A stretch of 60,958 nucleotides of DNA, taken from the IMG/VR virus record IMGVR_UViG_3300045996_002303, positions 1 to 60,958 of that record. One strand, written 5' to 3'. Below are positions 30,058 through 37,480 of the stretch, one piece after another (position 1 is the first letter of the stretch; the number at the start of each line of letters is the position of its first letter). Both the position numbers and the translations under genes were made by a program. Source of the DNA: a virus (taxonomy: Duplodnaviria > Caudoviricetes). Below the pieces are notes generated by a model. It did not search any database. It was not told the origin of the DNA and saw only the letters and a list, made by a program, of their open reading frames with translations.

Positions 30058-30576
30058 CTATATTATGCCTTCCTTTAAGGCGGGTTTTATGAGTTCGGGG
30101 TTGTCGTGGATGTTGCTGATTAATTCAATCCACTCCGCGTTTCCATTGGATGAACCATGTAATGACGTGAACAGATAATCATAAGGGGCATTCTTACTAA
30201 ATTCTACATGGTCTTTAATTGGTGACACTTCTCTGCCAAACCATCCGGCATCATAAACACTCCATTCAACAACGCATATAACGGTTATGCGGTCAGGATA
30301 TCCTTTTTTCTTATAACCCCTACTTGGCATATATCCCCTCTCTGCTAAATAAATATCGCCCTGATAAATGTCAATATTGTTCTTATCCTTCAGCCCAGTC
30401 CACATGCCAACGGTTTCAGGCACATCTTCATAATCTGTAAACGAATTTTGTCGCCCTTCGTCAATGTGATAAGTTTCGTGGCAATGCCTTATAAAGGCTC
30501 CTTCAAAAAAGTAAAACCAGCCTGTTACCCACTCACCATTATCCACCCGCTTGCCTCTGAATAAGTATTGTTGCAT
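30058..30576 (-). CDS. YopX family protein
   Basis: FRGKRVDNGEWV, TGLKDKN..IYQGDI, NIHDNPEL. Confidence 0.85.
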   Translation of the reverse strand: MQQYLFRGKRVDNGEWVTGWFYFFEGAFIRHCHETYHIDEGRQNSFTDYEDVPETVGMWTGLKDKNNIDIYQGDIYLAERGYMPSRGYKKKGYPDRITVICVVEWSVYDAGWFGREVSPIKDHVEFSKNAPYDYLFTSLHGSSNGNAEWIELISNIHDNPELIKPALKEGII

Positions 30577-30579
30577 GTG

Positions 30580-31029
30580 TTACGCTGTTTTAAGTTCTTT
30601 GTTTTGATGAATGTTGCCGATGACTTCCAATTCCTCACCGCCAAACGGCCGCACTGTATACTGCTTATATTGCTTATCTTCTATTGGCTTGTATTCAAAG
30701 CCAGCGATTTGGCTATTATAGGCCACTTCATACGTATCGAATATTCGACTTACAAAGTTTCCATCAATCTGTTGTGTCCTCTTAATGATATCGCCATCGT
30801 ATATCTCAACACCGTTCTTGTCTTTCAAGCCTATGTATTGCATGATAGGAGCACCCTTGCATTTTTCTTTAGTAGCACTCTCGTATTGTTCGTGCCCCCA
30901 AAATCCAGCGTACCCATCAACAACGAACGACATCGCATAGCTTCCTTCGAAATCGAAATACTGTAAAGCCGCAAATGGGAGAATAACCATTTCGCCATCT
31001 ATGTAAGCCCTGAACTTTAAATCACGCAT
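30580..31029 (-). CDS. YopX family protein
   Basis: KFRAY, MQYIGLKDKNGVEIYDGDI, EVIGNIHQN. Confidence 0.88.
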   Translation of the reverse strand: MRDLKFRAYIDGEMVILPFAALQYFDFEGSYAMSFVVDGYAGFWGHEQYESATKEKCKGAPIMQYIGLKDKNGVEIYDGDIIKRTQQIDGNFVSRIFDTYEVAYNSQIAGFEYKPIEDKQYKQYTVRPFGGEELEVIGNIHQNKELKTA

Positions 31030-31053
31030 ATACTAATTTGTTATTTGCTTTTC

Positions 31054-31081
31054 AAAAACCGGCGGCAGAACCTCCGCCGGT
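31054..31081 (-). terminator. Intrinsic terminator
   Basis: ACCGGCGG/CCGCCGGT stem followed by a T tract on the minus strand. Confidence 0.6.
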
Positions 31082-31216
31082 GTACCCTGTTACCTATTGT
31101 GAAGAAAGAAGAGACTTTTTAAAAGAAGGCCGGCAAGACTACCAGCCCGCGTTACAGTCTTTATTAATCACTCACGTAAAACTGTAACCCTGTGATGTAA
31201 TCCGCTGAAAAACCAG

Positions 31217-31322
31217 TGCGAGGGACGGGAGTTGAACCCGCATGCCTGAGCGATCAGGGCTTACGATGATAATGTTGTTCGCTGCATTTATCACCGTGCG
31301 TCTACCGTTCCGCCACCCTCGC
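31217..31322 (-). ncRNA. tRNA-Leu-like RNA with greatly extended anticodon arm
   Basis: Acceptor GCGAGGG/CCCTCGC+A, D-arm TGGCGGAACGGTAGACGC, variable arm CCTGA/TCAGG, T-arm GCGGG-TTCAACT-CCCGT; anticodon arm is ~12 bp with a 10-nt loop. Confidence 0.7.
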
Positions 31323-31706
31323 ATAACCCCGGCAGCTCGGCCGGGGCCGTTAACCATAAACCTTCCCCTTGATCCTATTGGCTGCCAGGGGCAATGAAAG
31401 TTGAGTGACAATTATTGTTTAACCCGGGGCCAATAAGTGCTTTTAAAGAACCAGGCTGAGAACAACCCGGTTGGTATAGCCATGAAAAACAAAAACTTTA
31501 TCTTTTTACCATGTTGATCACCCACTCTATACAGAACAAAAACACATAGAAAGCTATCAACATTCCCAACCATACTATCATATAGAAGGCATTACCTTCG
31601 TTCATCTCTGAGTTGTCTGTACGCTTCATCGCTTACCTTATATCGATTATGAATTATTGCGATGTTAACCAGGGTGCCGATTATAAGGGTGATAACAGTT
31701 GCCGAA

Positions 31707-31904
31707 TCAATTGTAATGCTCATACGGAATGAATGGGCGTTCGCAGTAGTTATCAATATCACGGTAATCAATATCATCTCTGCCGGGAATGTCCTGCGCT
31801 TCATCTTCTACACACTCTGCCTTTCTTAAAGAATACGCAAGTATTGACAGGCCCAGCATGAACAGAAAGAAGCCGATAGAATACGCAAGGGTTAACTTTT
31901 CCAT
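31707..31904 (-). CDS. Small membrane protein
   Basis: N-terminal transmembrane segment. Confidence 0.5.
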   Translation of the reverse strand: MEKLTLAYSIGFFLFMLGLSILAYSLRKAECVEDEAQDIPGRDDIDYRDIDNYCERPFIPYEHYN

Positions 31905-32025
31905 ACGTTAGGGTTTTAAGAGTTTTCTACTTTTGATAATTGTGACCACTACGCTGATCAGGGCGATTATGGCCAGTCCAACTGACGACCAGAATATTAG
32001 TTCCATTGGGTGAGGATTATTTCAG

Positions 32026-32097
32026 AGCCTCGTGGGTTACTCGAAAACCCTTATCCGGTTTACAAGACCGGTGAATCACCGTCAATTCTTACGAGGC
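32026..32097 (-). tRNA. tRNA-Thr(UGU), non-canonical
   Basis: Acceptor GCCTCGT/ACGAGGC, D stem GAAT/ATTC, anticodon stem CCGGT/ACCGG with loop CTTGTAA, T-arm GGGTT-TTCGAGT-AACCC. Confidence 0.75.
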
Positions 32098-32487
32098 ATT
32101 TGCCGCTCACTTACCCGGAGCGGCTTAGGGGCGTACTTCGTGTTGTTGTGCGGCTTCACATAATCGATTCTCTTACAATGCGCCCTTTATACGACACAAG
32201 GTCAATTATGCTTAGGTGTTAACTTCGTTTCGCTTGCCTATCCCATTGCCAGAAGGAATTAATCGTTTCGGCATCCACGAAGCGCTCACCGCGCCTTTTT
32301 TATCTTAAAGAACTTAAAATCGGTGACGGAGGAAATGAGACGCACTACTGACTTCATAACCAAGTACGCCACCGAAAGATTTTACCTGGATGTAGAAACA
32401 TCCGGGCTGAGTGTCTGCGACACTTCAATCTGGTAATTTTAAAGAGCTTTTAAAAAGGGGCCGCATGAGCCCAGCCCCGAACCGTCG

Positions 32488-32793
32488 CTAATATTTTAAA
32501 TGAGGCGCAAGAGCCGCCATTATGGTCTGGTTTACGTGCTGATTGTTCAGCAAGGGCGTTGCATTGGCAATCGCTGCGCTCTCCACTTCCTTGTTAAACT
32601 CCACCCACTTACCAGCGCAGGCGATCATGCCTAACAGGTACATTGGGCCGGAAACATCTGCCGCAGCGACTACATGCCCGTTATCTGTGATCCCCGCCTT
32701 ATATGTCACATCAACGTACTGCGCTTCACTCCATCTGAAATTGTACAGTGACGGGTCAACGTGGAGCTTGAAAGTGTTGGTAACGGTTTTCAT
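32488..32793 (-). CDS. Hypothetical protein
   Basis: Coupled ORF. Confidence 0.55.
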   Translation of the reverse strand: MKTVTNTFKLHVDPSLYNFRWSEAQYVDVTYKAGITDNGHVVAAADVSGPMYLLGMIACAGKWVEFNKEVESAAIANATPLLNNQHVNQTIMAALAPHLKY

Positions 32794-33062
32794 GGCTGAG
32801 GGGTTGAAAGGTGAGCCAATAAAGCATCGGCAAGCTTTACTGCATTTTCTGCAACACTATCGGCGATTTCACCATCTGCCATCCATGTGCCATTTGCATC
32901 AGTAGCAGAGCATAAACCTTGTAAGGCCATAGCAGCGAAGTACTCCCGTTTACTCAGGCCCGTGAACGAGCAGCCGTTATCATGCGATGAAAGCGTTGTA
33001 TAAATACCTGCCTCATTTGCCGTTACAGGCAGAGGAAACGCCGGTGTGTTCTTGTTTTCCAT
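32790..33062 (-). CDS. Conserved small phage protein
   Basis: PAFP...GLSKREYFAAMALQGL...AVKLADALL. Confidence 0.75.
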   Translation of the reverse strand: MENKNTPAFPLPVTANEAGIYTTLSSHDNGCSFTGLSKREYFAAMALQGLCSATDANGTWMADGEIADSVAENAVKLADALLAHLSTPQP

Positions 33063-33246
33063 GACTATTTTTATTAAACTGTTTAAAATATTCGCTCTCC
33101 GCCTCCTCCCTGCTCATCCCCTCGTCAATTGCCTTGTGGTAGCTTTCTATCGCACTGTCCTCTATCGCCTGGCGACTACCGCGACGGATCTGTTTTAGGC
33201 GGTGGTAGTCGGTGAGCTGGTCGGGGTGGTCGATGGCGGGGGTCAT
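33013..33246 (-). CDS. Hypothetical protein
   Basis: Early-operon ORF. Confidence 0.5.
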   Translation of the reverse strand: MTPAIDHPDQLTDYHRLKQIRRGSRQAIEDSAIESYHKAIDEGMSREEAESEYFKQFNKNSHGKQEHTGVSSACNGK

Positions 33247-33276
33247 AAAAGTTCAATTTCTGAATGAATAAAAATT

Positions 33277-33356
33277 AACTTAACTAAACAGAACTAAACA
33301 GAACTCCGCTTCACGTCACGCAACTGAACACCAGTTCACAGCACGCCACTCCACGC
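33277..33356 (-). repeat. Pentamer-periodic array 1 (16 units, GTK+NN on minus strand), candidate guide ncRNA
   Basis: Plus strand: aactt aacta aacag aacta aacag aactc cgctt cacgt cacgc aactg aacac cagtt cacag cacgc cactc cacgc; C at position 3 in 15 of 16 units. Confidence 0.85.
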
Positions 33357-33359
33357 TAA

Positions 33360-33920
33360 TTATTTCAAATCGATTAATTCAAACCTTCCGAAGCTCCCGT
33401 TGTTGGTTGGTCTATATGAACCGATACCTACATAGTTACCTGTAGTTGTTACCAACTCGGTTATTGTTTCTTTGGTAATTGTTTTTTCGCCAATTTCCAG
33501 GGTAAAAGCTGCCTGCCATTCAGTCCATTTGGGTCGAACAGTAATTACCCTTGCTTTTACGTTTCGATTAACAGCAGACCTTTTATCAATTACATCATAC
33601 TCCGGTAAAAGAATTTCATCTGGTGTTACCATGAACATGGCTGCAATTATGCTTTTCATGCTCTTAGTTTTAGTGCCAACTTTAGATTTAAGGTAGCCGC
33701 CCCCATTGATTAATGCCATTCGTAATTGATCTGCCGGTATATAACATTTACCGTCGCTGTTTCGGTAGCAATGGTATTCGGCGCGTACAGCATCTTCGTG
33801 GCTCACCTCTGGTCGTTCAATAATGTGCTTTCTGTTTTTCTCCCATTGTTCTAACTTCTGATCATCCATTCGATGTTGCATGTAGGGAGTTAATCCTTTA
33901 ATTGTTACTTGATATTTCAT
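33360..33920 (-). CDS. Solo Cas7/RAMP-like protein (186 aa; true start ATG 33920)
   Basis: RAMP-like YQVTIKGLTPYMQH strand, YIPADQLRMAL (cf. IPGSSLKGAL), C-terminal Gly-rich loop GIGSYRPTNNGSFGRFEL. Confidence 0.75.
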   Translation of the reverse strand: MKYQVTIKGLTPYMQHRMDDQKLEQWEKNRKHIIERPEVSHEDAVRAEYHCYRNSDGKCYIPADQLRMALINGGGYLKSKVGTKTKSMKSIIAAMFMVTPDEILLPEYDVIDKRSAVNRNVKARVITVRPKWTEWQAAFTLEIGEKTITKETITELVTTTGNYVGIGSYRPTNNGSFGRFELIDLK

Positions 33921-33927
33921 ATAAAAA

Positions 33928-33997
33928 AACTTTACTTTGCTAAACGCCACGCGACCTAACAGAACGGAACTACACGGTACCGGACTCTACTTCGCAT
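33928..33997 (-). repeat. Pentamer-periodic array 2 (14 units, GYN+NN on minus strand), candidate guide ncRNA
   Basis: Plus strand: aactt tactt tgcta aacgc cacgc gacct aacag aacgg aacta cacgg taccg gactc tactt cgcat; C at position 3 in 14 of 14 units. Confidence 0.85.
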
Positions 33998-34096
33998 TAA
34001 AATATTATTTCAATAAACTCATTATTCTTGTGCATGCTTTTGCTGCTTGATCGGCACTTAAAGGCACGGATACATGGTCTTTCATTATTATCTGGG

Positions 34097-34303
34097 TTAT
34101 TGGTTTGTCACAGGGGAATCAATTCTAATCTTGATGCTGTCATTGGTGATAACAAGGCCCGTAATCCTTTCACCCTTACCAATCCTGCACTCTTTCCCTA
34201 GTAAGAACCTCAGGGTTTCGTAGTTAATGTTCATAAACGAGCCGGTTGTATCAACCTCAGAATCTTTTAGACCATCGAACGGGATGGTTATTTTGTCACT
34301 CAT
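34097..34303 (-). CDS. Hypothetical protein
   Basis: Early-operon ORF. Confidence 0.55.
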   Translation of the reverse strand: MSDKITIPFDGLKDSEVDTTGSFMNINYETLRFLLGKECRIGKGERITGLVITNDSIKIRIDSPVTNQ

Positions 34304-34396
34304 TACTGACAGATATAATTGATGAAATAAATAGCGCCGATGATCAATGCGCCGAGTAAAACAGGGTAGAGTTTTTTCATGATATCTATTTAAGGG

Positions 34397-34636
34397 TTAA
34401 GAAACTTTTTTAATAAACTGTTCGGGTATACTTTCTAACTTGTAGAGGTAACCGCCGCCGGGACTTTCTTTATACTCAATGATCTTCTGCTCCCTCGCCG
34501 CCTGCAGCTTCCTTTTATTCCAGCCTGTCACCTCCATGATCCACACGTGGGTTACCCAGGTGGATTTCTCTGGCACCTTCTTCAGGCTCTGTACTTCACG
34601 AAGAAGGCGGTCAATCTTCTTTTCGATGTCAGACAT
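34397..34636 (-). CDS. Putative excisionase-like DNA-binding protein
   Basis: Small wHTH-like pattern (WV..IMEVTGW..KLQAAR..YLYKL), second gene of the early operon. Confidence 0.5.
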   Translation of the reverse strand: MSDIEKKIDRLLREVQSLKKVPEKSTWVTHVWIMEVTGWNKRKLQAAREQKIIEYKESPGGGYLYKLESIPEQFIKKVS

Positions 34637-34698
34637 AAAATATTGTTAAGTGATGGGGTGAGGGTTGTGCGGGTGAAACTTTTCTGTTTGCTTTGCGA

Positions 34699-34914
34699 CT
34701 ACTTTGCTGCAGCAGTTAATGCAGCCCTTATCTTCTCTACCGTGCCAGGTGATGCCGAACCGATCAGTAACACACGATTCAGCACCAGCCTGTCAATGCC
34801 GATAGATACAGCACATTCCACTTCCGTGTCAAACCCTTTGCGATATTGCTTAAGCGCCTTTCTTTCTTCTGCTGTCAGCTTTTCGCTTTTCCTGCTAGTT
34901 GTATAAGTGCTCAT
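34699..34914 (-). CDS. Cro-like HTH regulator
   Basis: 71 aa HTH (ECAVSIGIDRLVLNRVL), divergent from the repressor. Confidence 0.65.
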   Translation of the reverse strand: MSTYTTSRKSEKLTAEERKALKQYRKGFDTEVECAVSIGIDRLVLNRVLLIGSASPGTVEKIRAALTAAAK

Positions 34915-34919
34915 AATTT

Positions 34920-34978
34920 GTTTTACATTTGTTTTGCATCACAAGTCAAATGTAAAACCGTTTGGAACTTTATCCAAA
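34920..34978. promoter_or_regulatory. Lysis/lysogeny switch: two opposed Bacteroidota -7 boxes (TACATTTG) and a putative operator
   Basis: 12-bp inverted repeat GTTTTACATTTG (34920-34931)/CAAATGTAAAAC (34947-34958); minus-strand TTTG 20 nt upstream of the leftward -7 box; palindrome TTTGGA-N6-TCCAAA at 34961-34978. Confidence 0.6.
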
Positions 34979-35011
34979 TTTATCTTAGCATTTTGTCGAA
35001 ATATTGAATTT

Positions 35012-35593
35012 ATGCAACTAATAGAGAGGGTTAATGATAAACTTTTAAAGGAATCAATGTCTGTTTTGAAAATGTCTAAAGAAACAGGCATTCCTTCTTA
35101 TCGTATTTATAAATGGATTGACGGCAAAGGGAACCCCAAAACCGAAGATGCGGCAATTTTAGAACAATGGCTAAGCGGAAATTTAGATATAGTTCCAAAC
35201 AGGAAAGCGAACTACGATGTAAGTAATCCTAATGATCCAGCATACTTAGCCGGTCAGCTCGCAATGGCTGAAAGGCTTATAGCCAAATTGGAAGAGAGCC
35301 ACGAAGAGGCTAAGGCTGATAAGAATAAATTGTTTGATGCGTTGGCTGAAACTCGCCAAACAATAAATGATCTTTTAAAACCGATGGTAGCTAGTTTAAA
35401 GGAAATTCCGCCGGTTCTTGACACAATAGTTCGTAATTCAAATGAACACGATAAAGAGATAATGAAGGCGCTGGATCATCTTGTTGGCAATGCTCCTGGC
35501 ACTCTTGCGAAAGAATCGGGCAAGCGTATTCTAAAAGGCGCGATGGAACAGCAGAAAACGGGCAAGGTTGAAGTTGGCAAGTCTGACAAGTAG
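35012..35593 (+). CDS. CI-like repressor (N-terminal HTH, coiled-coil C-terminus; start MQLIER at 35012)
   Basis: MSKETGIPSYRIYKWIDGKGNP HTH; divergent from cro-like gene. Confidence 0.7.
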   Translation: MQLIERVNDKLLKESMSVLKMSKETGIPSYRIYKWIDGKGNPKTEDAAILEQWLSGNLDIVPNRKANYDVSNPNDPAYLAGQLAMAERLIAKLEESHEEAKADKNKLFDALAETRQTINDLLKPMVASLKEIPPVLDTIVRNSNEHDKEIMKALDHLVGNAPGTLAKESGKRILKGAMEQQKTGKVEVGKSDK

Positions 35594-36321
35594 ATTTAGT
35601 GCATGAGTTGTTCATGGCAGTAGCAGTTTGTTGATATGTATGTACGCCAAATACTGGGTGTCTGAGGGAGAAGGTAAAAAGGGCGCAGCCTTCGAAGTAG
35701 CGATCAAGGCCCTGGCAGGCCCGCGAAACCACAACTACAGCCGCGCCTTATCGGCGCATACTAGTAGTTACCGGTTCCGCATTAAAACTGCCAGGTTTAG
35801 ACCGCGTTGGTAAACTAAAGTATCCAATATCATTAACCAGCTATTTCGCTGGTAGAAGGCCGCAAAAGTAATGGATTATGTCGAATATAAACGGTACAAA
35901 ATCATGGCAGCAGGGTTTAGTGTAGTTAGGAATTTGATTAAGTAGGAAAAGGCTGCTATTGGGTATAGGCTAAATTTAAACTTAAATATCCATACACCAA
36001 TAAAGGTAATAACGTTTAAGATTAACCTAAATCAATTTTGTATGATAAATACCCAATCGGTTTAGGGGTAAGTCTATATCAATTACCAGTTCGTGGTATA
36101 TGATATATCTAAGATATACATAATTTGTGTGCCTGGAAATAGCGGTTTTTCACATAATCACATTTTAACATTTCAACCCTAATGGGCTAAATATTTATAT
36201 CTATATAAACAATAACTATTAACGCTTATGAATAAACTAACATGCTTGATTATCTGCGTTTTATTGATTACGGTCAAGCATACCAAAGGTTTATCATTTA
36301 ATCACTTAAATCAAAGCTGAC

Positions 36322-36951
36322 ATGAAAACAATAATAGCCTTTTTGCTTACAACCGTATTAATTAAGCATGCAGAATGCCAAGAAATATTTAACGGTATCG
36401 ATGTGTTTAAAATCAATGATTATTCAATTGGTCATTTAATGAATTATGCAAAAGATAACAAACTAAAAATAAAGATTATTGATAATCGAAGTGATGAAAC
36501 AAAATATAAAGACATTAAGAATTCTCTACTGGAATTGGTTCCAAATAAAGAAAATAAAAATCGCAGTCCGATATACTCGATAGATGTTGACGGAGTCAGA
36601 GTTTTCAATATTCCCCGTATTAAAATTAACAACTTAGATGTAAGCTACATTACTCTTTCGTTCAAAAATAATATCTTATTTGATATTAAATGTGACTACA
36701 CACCCGAGCTTGGCGATTTAATAGAAGAAAAATATGGTAAAGGGAAAATGAAAAGTGAAGAAAAAGAAGCACAATGCATGTCCACTCTTAAAGAGATTAC
36801 GTTTTATACTTCCTGGGATAGTGATAAGATAACAGCAACCGCCATACAAAGCAAATATTATAACTTACAATGCGAAGAAAAGCATAGAGCTTTCCTTACA
36901 ATTTTTGACACAAAGACAACAAGCGAAGTAATCAATAATTTAAATAAATAA
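36322..36951 (+). CDS. Exported protein, putative lysogenic conversion/superinfection exclusion
   Basis: Signal-peptide-like N-terminus, very AT-rich, immunity region. Confidence 0.55.
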   Translation: MKTIIAFLLTTVLIKHAECQEIFNGIDVFKINDYSIGHLMNYAKDNKLKIKIIDNRSDETKYKDIKNSLLELVPNKENKNRSPIYSIDVDGVRVFNIPRIKINNLDVSYITLSFKNNILFDIKCDYTPELGDLIEEKYGKGKMKSEEKEAQCMSTLKEITFYTSWDSDKITATAIQSKYYNLQCEEKHRAFLTIFDTKTTSEVINNLNK

Positions 36952-37007
36952 AAGTAACCCACCCCCATAATGAGATCCCGCTATTAATAACCCTCAACTA
37001 CACCATT

Positions 37008-37211
37008 ATGACCTCAGATCAATTCATGATTTACACCGCCGTCGCAATAGTCGCGGTGGCATTATTGTACTATTTCATCCAATGGTCACACCAGATCAGC
37101 AAGCGCAACCGGTATATGGAAGCGCAAATTAAATTACTTTCAAAGATTGCAGAGAAACAAGGCGTTAGTATAGACGATATTGAAGTAATAGGTCGTGTTG
37201 CCGATGTTTAA
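37008..37211 (+). CDS. Small membrane protein
   Basis: Single transmembrane helix followed by amphipathic helix. Confidence 0.6.
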   Translation: MTSDQFMIYTAVAIVAVALLYYFIQWSHQISKRNRYMEAQIKLLSKIAEKQGVSIDDIEVIGRVADV

Positions 37212-37480
37212 GAAATAACCCCATCCTCTCATACTGAGATTCCCCTAAAATTTCCAGTATGAAATTCTTATTAAACCTTTTTATCGACTTCAAGTTTGCT
37301 CGCCGCAGGCTCGGTGGAACGTGGTATTGTGTAGTAATTGATCCTGGTGGCGGTATGCAGGGATCTGTGCTACATTGGACGCAGGAAAAGCCTGGCGATG
37401 ATTCAGAGATTTTGAAAACGGAAGAGTATTGAAACGCCATTACCGCGAGCAAATCTACCTCGGGCTGATTATTGTTGCTC

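Noticed and set aside
31172-32222. ORFs 31172..31411 and 32010..32222
   Set aside because: They overlap the tRNA-like genes and have no protein-like features
186-33696. Plus-strand ORFs antisense to the leftward operons (e.g. 3295, 18104, 27656, 30568)
   Set aside because: Shadow frames of well-supported minus-strand genes
33921-33950. N-terminal extension MAFSKVKFFY of the Cas7-like ORF
   Set aside because: GTG start lies inside the pentamer array; ATG at 33920 has a better context
33277-33997. Canonical CRISPR array beside the Cas7-like gene
   Set aside because: No 25-40 bp repeats with spacers; the periodicity is 5 nt
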